64,000 nucleotides of DNA, taken from the NCBI GenBank assembly GCA_028688055.1, contig JAQTYZ010000004.1, positions 33,021 through 97,020 on the forward strand, given 5' to 3'. The notes beneath the pieces were generated by a model. It ran no database searches, was not told the DNA's origin, and worked only from the letters and a program-made list of their open reading frames with translations. The position numbers were made by a program, and so were the translations under genes. Shown here one piece after another: positions 35,905 to 45,458 of this stretch; the stretch's first letter is position 1, and every line of letters starts with the position of its first letter. Origin of the DNA: Patescibacteria group bacterium (GTDB taxonomy: Bacteria; Patescibacteriota; Patescibacteriia; Buchananbacterales; UBA6539).

Positions 35905-36839
35905 CACTAAAAGACGTTTTAATTATTGGTGGCGGCATTGCCGGAAATACGGCCGCCCTCTACACGGCCCGAGCCAGCCTCGAACCGACGGTTTTTGTCG
36001 GCTTAAATCCAGACCAGCTCAGCCTGACGGCAATGGTTGAAAATTTTCCAGGTTTTATCAACGGCGTTTTAGGACCAGAACTGGTTGGCAACGCTAAAAA
36101 ACAAGCCGAAAAATTTGGGGCTACCTATATTAATGAGAACGTTGAATCGTTTGAAATTAACGACGGCGCTTTTACCATTATTACCGCTGATAAAACCTAC
36201 CAAAGCCGAACCGTCATCATTGCCACCGGCGCCTCAGCCAGATTTCTCGGTGTCAAAGGGGAAAGTGACTATATCGGCAAAGGCGTTTCGACTTGCGCGA
36301 CTTGCGACGCCGCTTTTTACCGCGATCGAGAAGTGGTCGTGATCGGCGGCGGTGATTCAGCAATGGAAGATTCCAGTGTCCTCTACAAATTCGCCAAAAA
36401 AATTACCATTATCCATCGACGTAATGAATTTAAAGCGAGTAAAATAATGCAGGATCGGATTTTTGGACTTAAAGACAAAATTGGCATTGTTTGGAATTCC
36501 GCTGTTGAAGAAATTATCGGCAATGGCCAATTCGTTACCGGTATCAAAATTAAAAATGTTGAAACGGGTGAACTTTCCGAACTTAAAACCGATGGCGTTT
36601 TTCTGGCTATCGGTCATGACGCCAATACCAAACTATTTGCCGGTAAAGTTGAACTTGATCAGCAAAATTATATTATTACTGATAAAAGAGCGCGAACGTC
36701 GGTCCCGGGAATTTTCGCCGCTGGCGATGTTGCTGATCCGACTTTCCGCCAAGCGATCACTTCCGCCGGTACCGGTTGTGCCGCGGCTATGGAAGCGGAA
36801 AAATATATTGAAAATCTCAAAGCGAACAAAAAATACTAA
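35901..36839 (+). CDS. trxB: Thioredoxin-disulfide reductase.
   Basis: GGGIAG FAD motif, CATCDAAFY redox-active CxxC, GGGDSAME NADPH motif. ATGA overlap with trxA. Confidence 0.9.
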   Translation: MTLKDVLIIGGGIAGNTAALYTARASLEPTVFVGLNPDQLSLTAMVENFPGFINGVLGPELVGNAKKQAEKFGATYINENVESFEINDGAFTIITADKTYQSRTVIIATGASARFLGVKGESDYIGKGVSTCATCDAAFYRDREVVVIGGGDSAMEDSSVLYKFAKKITIIHRRNEFKASKIMQDRIFGLKDKIGIVWNSAVEEIIGNGQFVTGIKIKNVETGELSELKTDGVFLAIGHDANTKLFAGKVELDQQNYIITDKRARTSVPGIFAAGDVADPTFRQAITSAGTGCAAAMEAEKYIENLKANKKY

Positions 36840-36967
36840 AAAAAATTTCAAAAAGTCGACGCGCACAGTCGGCTTTTTAGATTCACAAATAATGTAAAAG
36901 CATTAATATTCTATAGTTAAGTGCTGTTTAACAATGTTGTTAGCTTCATCTCAAGGAGGGAACGCCA

Positions 36968-38155
36968 ATGAAGTTAATGTCGCCACATCTGTTTGATCGG
37001 CAACTAGCTACTGCCGATGCAAAAGCCAAAATCAAGCTTAGGAAACAGCTTCGCGAATTTGACGAAGACTGGGTGCTCCAGTTTATGCAGCAAGCCATTA
37101 AGGGGATGTTGGATGTTTCTTCAGATGTCGGACGAGATCTCGTCAAGGTCGCCATTGAGCGACGACGCGGCGCCGAGTTAATCGGCATGATGATCCGCAT
37201 TAGTCTCGAAAAAGACTTGCCGGTTGATGATATTCCGAAGTATATCCTGCTGACGGTGACATTTTTGGTAATCAACCCGATGATTTCCGTCCAATTGTTC
37301 AAGGCCTGTCGGAATAACGACGGGTTACTCAAAATGGTGCAACTGCTAATGCTTGCTTACTACAAGCGTGGTGGATGCATTAAAGTTGTTAATCATGTAA
37401 CCAACGACAACCGCCTCGAAACACCCGTGTACAGTAACGACCCAATGGTTATAAACTGGGCGGTTCCGTCCATGCACCAAGCCATGGCCCTCGACATTGT
37501 CACGGCGGCCAGGGCAATCTGTGAGCATGACAATCAACTACTGTCCCAAACTTTTAACGCGGATTGTCGCTGGGATTTAGTTGATGGACTGTGGCGAAAA
37601 ATCAAGGAGGACGCCACCTACGTTCTGCACACTCAGGGTGACCAGATTGAGGTGAAAGTCGAATTACTTAGAGCTTTCAACTTCACCCACTTTACCATTA
37701 AAGCCAGCGGTGTATTTCCCAATGCCAGCGTGGTCTGCCACTTCGACAAAATGGGCGTCGACGGCATTCTGGAGTGCGAACTCATTGACGGACGACTCAT
37801 GACTGACGGGTTTGACTTGTGCTTGAACGAATACATCCGTTTTGTCGCCACCGCGACCCTGCTTTCCGGCTACTGGAAAATTGTCAGCGGCGAAGATGAC
37901 GAACACTCTCATACCAGTAAGCGTGGTAACGGTAGTGTTAGAACTACTGAACGGTGTCGACCAAAACCTCATCCGATGAGATTGCGGGAGGGATTTCATC
38001 CCAGCCGAAAAGCCATTGAAGAGTGCCTTCGTCTGCGCGGTCAAGCACCGGCGCCAGGAAAAACCTGGCGGACGCCCTTACATGGTGCCATTGTCGTGTC
38101 CAAAGCGACAACAACAGTTACCGACGACGATCTTTCGCAAGCCCTGGCGGTCTGA
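36968..38155 (+). CDS. Hypothetical protein with no recognisable domain. GC-rich and Cys-rich.
   Basis: 395 aa with a strong GGAGGG RBS. A terminator-like hairpin and T-run follow at 38140-38180, and a TATAAT box for the next gene lies just after that. Confidence 0.5.
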   Translation: MKLMSPHLFDRQLATADAKAKIKLRKQLREFDEDWVLQFMQQAIKGMLDVSSDVGRDLVKVAIERRRGAELIGMMIRISLEKDLPVDDIPKYILLTVTFLVINPMISVQLFKACRNNDGLLKMVQLLMLAYYKRGGCIKVVNHVTNDNRLETPVYSNDPMVINWAVPSMHQAMALDIVTAARAICEHDNQLLSQTFNADCRWDLVDGLWRKIKEDATYVLHTQGDQIEVKVELLRAFNFTHFTIKASGVFPNASVVCHFDKMGVDGILECELIDGRLMTDGFDLCLNEYIRFVATATLLSGYWKIVSGEDDEHSHTSKRGNGSVRTTERCRPKPHPMRLREGFHPSRKAIEECLRLRGQAPAPGKTWRTPLHGAIVVSKATTTVTDDDLSQALAV

Positions 38156-38216
38156 ACTTTCAGCCGCTTTTTTTTATACCAAAAACTGTTATAATTTAGA
38201 CACTAATTTCACCTTG

Positions 38217-39419
38217 ATGTTAAAAACTTCGCAGCGTTCAAATAAAATAATTGCTTCGCCAATCAGAAAATTTCTGCCTCTAGTTAACGCGGCCGAAAAA
38301 AGAGGTATTAAAGTCATTAAATTGAATGTCGGTGAGCCTGATTTAGAACCACCGACCAGTTTTTTTAAGGCCATCAAAAAATATCCGACGGGCAAACTAG
38401 GCTATGCGCCATCACCAGGGACAAGACAACATAATGAAGCCTGGATTAAATATTATCAGCAATTTGGCGTAACGCTTAAGCCAGAAAACATCATTCCCAC
38501 TGTTGGCGGGGCCGAAGCCATGCTCATGTCCTTACTGGCCGTGGCCGATCCTGGTGATGAAATTTTGGTCTTTGAGCCGCTTTACACCAGCTACAAAGGT
38601 TTTGCCGCGATGGCTAACGTTAAACTAGTACCAATAACTTTAGCGGTCGAAAATAATTTTTCCCTCCCTCACAAATCGGCCATTGAAAAAAAAATCAACA
38701 ACAAAACCAAAGCCATCATTATTATTAATCCCAATAATCCGACCGGATCGGTTTTGACTGACTCCGAAATAAAGCTCCTCAGCGACCTGGCACTTAAAAA
38801 TAATTTATTTATTATTGCTGATGAGATCTACCGCGAGATAATTTTTACTACTACCCCCTCGACCCTGCTAACAAAAACAAAAATAAAAAATAATTTAATC
38901 GTGATTGATAGTGTTTCAAAACGCTTTTCCTGCCCCGGCGCCCGCAGCGGTTGTTTAATTAGTTTTAATCGTGAAATTTTGGCGGCCATTTTAAAAATGG
39001 CAATGATCAGGCTGTCGACGCCGACCCTTGAGCAAGCAGCGATTGTTCCCATGCTGAAAAATTCCCAAGTTTACACCACTAAAATTCAAAAAATATACCA
39101 GGAACGAAAAAAAGTTTTATGCCGTGAATTATCTAAAATTCCCGGCGTTCAATTTCACCACCCCGACGGTACTTTTTATTTAGTCGCCAAATTGCCAGTT
39201 GATAATACCGAAAATTTTATTAAATGGCTTTTGACCAAATTTCAAGTAAACAAAAAAACGGTTTTACTGACACCGCTGGCCGAATTTTATATCACGCCTC
39301 ATCAGGGCGAGCAAGAAATCCGAATTGCCTACGTTGTCAATACCACCAAAATCAAGCAAGCAATCAAGATTCTTAGTCAGGCACTTAAAGTTTACCCTAA
39401 TAAAAAACCGGCCCGTTAG
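38217..39419 (+). CDS. Class I/II pyridoxal-phosphate aminotransferase (aspartate/aromatic type).
   Basis: IIINPNNPTG ... SVSKRFSCPGARSG (PLP-Lys). Start set at MLKTSQRS (38217). Confidence 0.8.
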   Translation: MLKTSQRSNKIIASPIRKFLPLVNAAEKRGIKVIKLNVGEPDLEPPTSFFKAIKKYPTGKLGYAPSPGTRQHNEAWIKYYQQFGVTLKPENIIPTVGGAEAMLMSLLAVADPGDEILVFEPLYTSYKGFAAMANVKLVPITLAVENNFSLPHKSAIEKKINNKTKAIIIINPNNPTGSVLTDSEIKLLSDLALKNNLFIIADEIYREIIFTTTPSTLLTKTKIKNNLIVIDSVSKRFSCPGARSGCLISFNREILAAILKMAMIRLSTPTLEQAAIVPMLKNSQVYTTKIQKIYQERKKVLCRELSKIPGVQFHHPDGTFYLVAKLPVDNTENFIKWLLTKFQVNKKTVLLTPLAEFYITPHQGEQEIRIAYVVNTTKIKQAIKILSQALKVYPNKKPAR

Positions 39420-39490
39420 CCGTTTTGGAAAAACTAAACCCCCACCCGTAATTTTAAATTATGGTTTGAAAACGAAACTTTAACCGTCAG

Positions 39491-39679
39491 TTACACCACT
39501 AAGCGCTGATGGAGTGAACGAAGTAAAACTTCATTCATTTCCTCCATTAACAACAAGTCGTGCAAAACTGCTTTCACCTTGGGGTTGTCCGCTCGCTGCG
39601 ACATCTTGCGGTAGCAGTCCTGCAATTTAATCTCGACGGTTAATGCCCGCTGTGCTTCATTGAGCAATTCATTGGACAT
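39491..39679 (-). CDS. Small hypothetical protein (62 aa).
   Basis: GGAG 7 nt upstream of the ATG. No homology recognised. Confidence 0.3.
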   Translation of the reverse strand: MSNELLNEAQRALTVEIKLQDCYRKMSQRADNPKVKAVLHDLLLMEEMNEVLLRSLHQRLVV

Positions 39680-39885
39680 ACAAATCTCCGAGCTAATAAA
39701 TTAAAGGGGCAGGGTTTTGCCATAATAGCGCCAGCGACAAATAGCGTCAATGCCAAATTTAATACTAAAATTAGCCAAATAATTTGTCAAAATTAAATTT
39801 TCTTGCCAAGTTTTCGATAAACTGAAAAAACCGGTCACTTAATCACCACTTAACCAAAGCTTGTCCACAAATTAACCACAATCTA

Positions 39886-40497
39886 ATGCCATATCCAAAT
39901 TTAAAAGTTGAACGAAAGCTGAATCGCCAGGGGTTTAAATTAGTAGCCGGTATTGACGAGGCTGGCAAAGGATCATGGGCGGGTCCAATTGTTGCCGCCG
40001 CGGTGATTTTAGATCCAAAGAAAAAAATTTCCGGTATCAAAGATTCCAAACTACTGCGTTCGCCACAGCGCCGAGAATTATTCAAAAAAATTACCGACAC
40101 GGCCTTGGCTTGGTCAATTGGCATCATCAGCCATGACTTAATTGATCAACATGGGATAAAGTCTGCCAACATCATGGCCATTGAACAAGCGCTTGATTAC
40201 CTCCGACCGAAACCTAATTACATTTTGGTTGATGCGTTAGAAATTCAATATCATAAAATTCCCAGCCTCGGGATCATTGACGGGGACTACAAAATAAAAT
40301 CCATTGCCGCAGCCTCGATTGTCGCCAAAGTTGTTCATGATTTAATTATGGATGAACTTGACGACCCTTATCCACAATATGGTTTTAAGCAACACAAAGG
40401 TTATGGCACCAATCATCATTTTCAAATGGTCATGCAGCATGGCGTTTCCAAAATTCATCGTCATACCTTTCAACCGATGAAACATTTACTTAATTAA
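39886..40497 (+). CDS. rnhB: Ribonuclease HII.
   Basis: GIDEAGKGSWAGPIVAAAVIL catalytic motif. Confidence 0.9.
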   Translation: MPYPNLKVERKLNRQGFKLVAGIDEAGKGSWAGPIVAAAVILDPKKKISGIKDSKLLRSPQRRELFKKITDTALAWSIGIISHDLIDQHGIKSANIMAIEQALDYLRPKPNYILVDALEIQYHKIPSLGIIDGDYKIKSIAAASIVAKVVHDLIMDELDDPYPQYGFKQHKGYGTNHHFQMVMQHGVSKIHRHTFQPMKHLLN

Positions 40498-40533
40498 GCA
40501 TTTTTTCTATACTTAAATAGTTGATTAATTATT

Positions 40534-41085
40534 ATGGTCTACATTTCGGGCGGCAACGAATTATTGGACCCCTATGAAATTTTAAAAAAGTTGGGGGTGG
40601 AAACCGGATCCAAAATCGCAGACTTAGGTTGCGGTGGGGCTGGACATTTTATAATCCCAGCTGCTAATATAGTTGGTAAAGAAACAATCGTTTATGCCGT
40701 CGACATCCTTAAGACCGTTTTAAAATCAGTGGTGAGTAAAGCGAGAATTGAGGGGGTTTATAACATTAAAACGATTTGGTCCAACCTTGAGATCATCGGC
40801 GCGACTAAAATAAAAACCGGCGGCCTTGATTTCGCGCTCTTAATCAACACCTTATTTCAAACTCAGCAGCATGATGCGATTATGGCCGAAGCCGTGCGAC
40901 TCATAAAGCCAGGCGGCAAACTACTGGTCATTGACTGGGGTCAGTCGCTGACGCCATTTGGCCCGCCGCCATCACACCGCGTCAAAGCCGATGAAGTTAA
41001 ACAGGCTGCCGCCCGACTAAAATTAAATTTAGACGAAGAATTTAAAGCCGGCACCTATCATTATGGATTAATTTTTAGCAAATGA
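40534..41085 (+). CDS. Class I SAM-dependent methyltransferase.
   Basis: IADLGCGGAGHF motif I. Confidence 0.65.
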   Translation: MVYISGGNELLDPYEILKKLGVETGSKIADLGCGGAGHFIIPAANIVGKETIVYAVDILKTVLKSVVSKARIEGVYNIKTIWSNLEIIGATKIKTGGLDFALLINTLFQTQQHDAIMAEAVRLIKPGGKLLVIDWGQSLTPFGPPPSHRVKADEVKQAAARLKLNLDEEFKAGTYHYGLIFSK

Positions 41086-41486
41086 CTGACTACCTTAAAT
41101 ATTTTTTCAACTTAAACCACTTACTCAATTTACGGCCTGAGCCACTGCACTCCCGGGCAATTATTGCTGGGGTGATTATTTTTGGGGCCCTGGTGCTACT
41201 CGGCGTTGCCTGCAAAATTATGTCACGGGCGACTAAAGACGGTTTAAAAATAAAAGGCTACCGAAAATTTTTCAATTTATTTTTAACTATGGGCCTAATC
41301 GGTTTTGTCTATTTATTCTTTGCCTGGCAAGGAGTGGTGTTGTTGTCTTCCCGGCTCGTACTTCTAGCCTGGGCAATTATTTCAGTGATTTGGCTTTTAT
41401 TCATCCTGAAATATATAATTATCGAAGTTCCAAAAACCAGAAAACAGCTTCAAGCCAGACGACAATTCGAAAAGTACTTACCATAA
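41082..41486 (+). CDS. Small membrane protein, hypothetical.
   Basis: 134 aa with three predicted TM helices. Overlaps the upstream gene. Confidence 0.5.
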   Translation: MTDYLKYFFNLNHLLNLRPEPLHSRAIIAGVIIFGALVLLGVACKIMSRATKDGLKIKGYRKFFNLFLTMGLIGFVYLFFAWQGVVLLSSRLVLLAWAIISVIWLLFILKYIIIEVPKTRKQLQARRQFEKYLP

Positions 41487-41525
41487 TTAAATTCATCAAC
41501 ATAGCGCCTTAAACCAAGGCGTTTT

Positions 41526-41885
41526 ATGTTAACCAAAAAAAATCTGGGAGCAATCGGCGAGCGAATCGCCAAAAACTATTTGCGGCTTCGCGGCTATCAA
41601 ATTATCAAAACCAATTTCTACACGCGTTATGGCGAGGTCGATATTATCGCCAAAAAAAATAAAACCATTCACTTTGTCGAAGTTAAAACCCGAAGCAATA
41701 AAAATTTCGGCTACCCCGAGCAGGCGGTTGACCGGAACAAAAGCTCCAAAATCGCGCTGGCGGCTGAAATTTTTTTACTCGCCTTTAATATTAACACGGC
41801 CTGGCAAATTGACGTGATTGCCATTGAATTCAAATCAAAACTCAACCGGCGGCTAACGCACATCCAAAATATCATTATCGAGTAA
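41526..41885 (+). CDS. yraN: YraN-family (UPF0102) predicted endonuclease.
   Basis: GERIAKNYLRLRGYQIIKTNF ... GEVDIIA ... FVEVKTR motif set. Confidence 0.8.
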   Translation: MLTKKNLGAIGERIAKNYLRLRGYQIIKTNFYTRYGEVDIIAKKNKTIHFVEVKTRSNKNFGYPEQAVDRNKSSKIALAAEIFLLAFNINTAWQIDVIAIEFKSKLNRRLTHIQNIIIE

Positions 41886-41998
41886 GCATCATTGACATTC
41901 TAATGACTAGCTGTTAAGATACTTGTAGTTAATCTGAATTGCTGTCTACGGTCGCCTCCGGCGACCACTTTTTTTAGAAAAATTAATCATCTAAATTT

Positions 41999-43318
41999 AT
42001 GGATCAATCATCAATCGCCGAAGCGGTCAAGCAAATTTGCGACGAAAAAGGTATCCCGGTCGCGTCGGTTATCGCCACCATTGAAGCGGCCCTAGCAGCG
42101 GCTTATCGCAAAGATTTTGGCGAGAAAAATCAAAACATTAAAGTCGAATTTGATTTAGCCACTGGCAAATCAAACGTTTTTGATGTTAAAACAGTCGTTG
42201 AAGATGTCCCCGAAGAATTGTTGGAGACAGCGCTAGAGGCTGAAGACGAAAAAATCGAAACAACTAAAAAAGAAGCTGAGACCATTGAAACTGCCGACGA
42301 GGTTAAAAAATTCAACCCTAAAACAGAAGTTCAAATTTCCGAAGCCAAGGCACTTAAAAAAAATGCGGCCCTGGGTGATGAAATCAAAACACCCCTGGAA
42401 GTTCCCGGCGACTTCGGCCGAATGGCCGCTCAGACCGCCAAGCAAGTCATCGTCCAAAAACTTCGCGAGACTGAACGCGAGACCCTGTACGCTGAGTACA
42501 AAGACCGCGAGGGAGAAATTATTGTCGGCACGGTGCAGCGGCGCGAAGGCAATATGATTTTAGTCGACCTAGGCCGGATTACGGCCTTACTACCGCCGGA
42601 AGAACAAATCCGCGGTGAAAATTACACCCCTGGTTCACATGTTAAAATTTACATTATTGCTGTTAGCGAAACCACAAAGGGGCCGGAAATTATTGTCTCA
42701 CGCGCTCATCCGGAAATTGTCAGAAAATTATTCTGGTTAGAAATTCCGGAAATTGCTAACGGTACTGTTGAAATTAAATCAGTCGCCAGAGAAGCCGGTT
42801 CACGTTCGAAAATCGCGGTGTGGACTGATCAAGAAAATATTGATCCAATCGGATCATGCATTGGCCAGCGCGGTGCCAGAATTCAAACCATTATTTCGGA
42901 ATTAAAGGGTGAAAAAGTTGACATCATTAAATACTCCGAGGATCCACTTGAATTCATTGCCAACGCTTTGTCGCCAGCCAAAATTATTGAAATCAAACTC
43001 AACAATGAAAATAAAACTGCCACCGCCAAAGTCGCCGAGGATCAGTTGTCCTTAGCCATTGGCAAGGCCGGCCAAAATGTCAGACTAGCAGCTAAATTAA
43101 CCGGTTGGAAAATTGATATTGTTGCCGACGGCCAAAAAGCACCAGTTGCCAGCACTGAAGAAAATGTTGAAACCGCCGAGGAAATTAATAAAGCTGAAGC
43201 TGCTACCGAACCAGCCGTTGACGAGATGGCCGACGCCGCAACTGAAGTCAAAAAAACCAAGGCCGAAAAACCAAGCAAAGCCAAAAAGGCTAAGGCCACT
43301 AAAACTAAAAAAGGTTAA
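41999..43318 (+). CDS. nusA: Transcription termination/antitermination factor NusA.
   Basis: N-terminal domain, an S1 domain (GEIIVGTVQRREGNMILVDLG) and two KH domains, then a Lys/Ala-rich tail. Confidence 0.9.
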   Translation: MDQSSIAEAVKQICDEKGIPVASVIATIEAALAAAYRKDFGEKNQNIKVEFDLATGKSNVFDVKTVVEDVPEELLETALEAEDEKIETTKKEAETIETADEVKKFNPKTEVQISEAKALKKNAALGDEIKTPLEVPGDFGRMAAQTAKQVIVQKLRETERETLYAEYKDREGEIIVGTVQRREGNMILVDLGRITALLPPEEQIRGENYTPGSHVKIYIIAVSETTKGPEIIVSRAHPEIVRKLFWLEIPEIANGTVEIKSVAREAGSRSKIAVWTDQENIDPIGSCIGQRGARIQTIISELKGEKVDIIKYSEDPLEFIANALSPAKIIEIKLNNENKTATAKVAEDQLSLAIGKAGQNVRLAAKLTGWKIDIVADGQKAPVASTEENVETAEEINKAEAATEPAVDEMADAATEVKKTKAEKPSKAKKAKATKTKKG

Positions 43319-43334
43319 CTATTAATTTTAATAA

Positions 43335-45323
43335 TTGTCTATGGAACAGTACTTACTTTGGGCTGGAATGATTGCGTTAGTTGCCCTGGCCACTGCCGCT
43401 ATTTTAGCCCACCGCATCAAATCGGTTAAAGTTACCGACCCAAAAGTCGCCGAAATTTCCGGTTATATTCATGAAGGGGCGATGACTTTTTTGAACAAAC
43501 AATACCGAATCTTAATCGGTTTTATTATTGTGGTTGCTTTATTAATCGCTTTTGTCCCTGGTTTAAGCTGGAAGACAGCCGTCTTATTTGTTATGGGGGC
43601 GGTTATTTCAATTGCTTCGGGAAACATTGGCATGCGTATCGCCACAAATGCCAACGCCAAAACGGCCGAAGCCGTTAAAAAAAGTGTAGGTGAAGGTTTA
43701 AAAATTTCATTTTTTGCCGGCAGTGTCAGCGGCCTAGCCGTTGTCGGCTTAGGACTACTTGGTGTCATCGCTGCTTATTTGCTGTTCAAAGATGTTGACG
43801 CGATGTTTGGCTTTGCGTTCGGCGCGTCATCGGTTGCCTTATTCGCTCGCGTCGGCGGTGGGATTTATACTAAAGCGGCTGATGTCGGTGCTGACTTGGT
43901 TGGAAAAGTTGAAGCCGGAATTCCGGAAGACGACCCGCGCAATCCCGCCGTTATTGCTGACAACGTCGGCGACAACGTCGGCGATGTGGCCGGTATGGGC
44001 GCTGACTTATATGAAACTTATGTTGATGCGATTATCGCGGCCACGGCCCTAGGTTCAATCAGTGTTGCCACCTTTGGCAACAAAGCCTTGTTTGTCCCAA
44101 TTTTGTTAGCCGCCGCCGGAATTTTAGGCACCCTAATCGGCAACCTAGTGGTTAAGTTTTTCAATCATCCCAAGCCACACATTGTTATGAACGCCGCAAT
44201 TGCCGTGGCTAATCTGTCATCAATTCTTTTGGCCGCCCCAGTCGTTTACACTTTACTGCCCGGCAACTTCAATGTTTTTTGGGCCCTAGTTACCGGTTTA
44301 CTGGCCGGCGTAATTATCAGCGTTTCAACTGAATACTTTACTTCAACTCGTTATCAACCGGTTAAAAAAATCGCTGCGGCGGCTCAAACTGGTCCGGCCA
44401 CCGCGATTATTGCTGGTTTGGCGGTTGGAATGATTAGCACGATTGTACCAATTGTTTCAGTTTCTGCAGCCATTTTGATCGCTTTCCATTTTGCCGGATT
44501 ATTTGGCATTGCCATTGCGGCAATTGGTATGCTAGCTTCACTCGGAATTACTTTAGCAACGGATACCTACGGTCCAATTGCTGACAACGCCGCCGGGATT
44601 GCGGAGATGGCTGGGATGGGCCCAGAAACGCGCGAACGCGCTGAAATGCTAGATGCAGTTGGTAATTCCACAGCGGCCATCGGTAAAGGTTTTTCCGTTT
44701 CCGCCGCCGCTTTAATCGCGTTAGTCTTACTAATTAGTTTTTCGAAGATTGTTAATTTAACGACGGTTAATTTGCTTGATCCAAAAGTTTTAGTCGGTAT
44801 GTTTATTGGCGGCTTACTACCATTTATCTTCGCCGCTCTAACAATGCAGTCAGTCGGCAAGGCGGCTTTCCAAATGGTCCAAGAAGTTCGTCGACAATTC
44901 CGTGAGATCCCTGGACTACTTGAAGGGACTGGCAAACCTGACTACAAACAGTGTGTTGGTATTTCAACTGACGCCGCACTTAAAGAAATGATGTTACCGG
45001 GCATCTTGGCGATTGTTTTTCCGCTCGGCGTGGGCTTTGGTTTAGGCGCCGCCGCACTAGCCGGTTTTCTGGCCAGCTCAATGATCGTCGGATTTTTAAT
45101 GGCGATTTTTATGGCCAACACCGGCGGCGCTTGGGACAACGCTAAAAAATATATTGAAGCTGGCAACCTGGGCGGCAAAGGTTCTGACGCGCACAAGGCC
45201 GCCGTGATTGGTGATACAGTCGGCGATCCGTTTAAAGACACTTCCGGCCCAGCCGTTAATATCTTAATTAAAGTTGTCGCCACGGCTTCCATTGTTATCG
45301 CCCCACTATTACTATTGATGTAA
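43335..45323 (+). CDS. hppA: Membrane-bound proton-translocating pyrophosphatase.
   Basis: DNVGDNVGDVAGMGADL and GDTVGDPFKDTSGP motifs, about 16 TM helices. The start may be the ATG at 43341. Confidence 0.9.
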   Translation: MSMEQYLLWAGMIALVALATAAILAHRIKSVKVTDPKVAEISGYIHEGAMTFLNKQYRILIGFIIVVALLIAFVPGLSWKTAVLFVMGAVISIASGNIGMRIATNANAKTAEAVKKSVGEGLKISFFAGSVSGLAVVGLGLLGVIAAYLLFKDVDAMFGFAFGASSVALFARVGGGIYTKAADVGADLVGKVEAGIPEDDPRNPAVIADNVGDNVGDVAGMGADLYETYVDAIIAATALGSISVATFGNKALFVPILLAAAGILGTLIGNLVVKFFNHPKPHIVMNAAIAVANLSSILLAAPVVYTLLPGNFNVFWALVTGLLAGVIISVSTEYFTSTRYQPVKKIAAAAQTGPATAIIAGLAVGMISTIVPIVSVSAAILIAFHFAGLFGIAIAAIGMLASLGITLATDTYGPIADNAAGIAEMAGMGPETRERAEMLDAVGNSTAAIGKGFSVSAAALIALVLLISFSKIVNLTTVNLLDPKVLVGMFIGGLLPFIFAALTMQSVGKAAFQMVQEVRRQFREIPGLLEGTGKPDYKQCVGISTDAALKEMMLPGILAIVFPLGVGFGLGAAALAGFLASSMIVGFLMAIFMANTGGAWDNAKKYIEAGNLGGKGSDAHKAAVIGDTVGDPFKDTSGPAVNILIKVVATASIVIAPLLLLM

Positions 45324-45334
45324 ATAAATTAATA

Positions 45335-45366
45335 AAAAACCCCGCCAGCTGGCGGGGTTTTTTATT
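45335..45366 (+). terminator. Rho-independent terminator after hppA.
   Basis: AAAAAACCCCGCC agct GGCGGGGTTTTTTATTT. Confidence 0.8.
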
Positions 45367-45458
45367 TCTTGCCTCACCTTCAATATTGACTGACAACCTT
45401 TTTTTTGCTAGATTAAAAAAGCGTCAAAACGCATTTTTATTTATAATTTTAACCAGCT

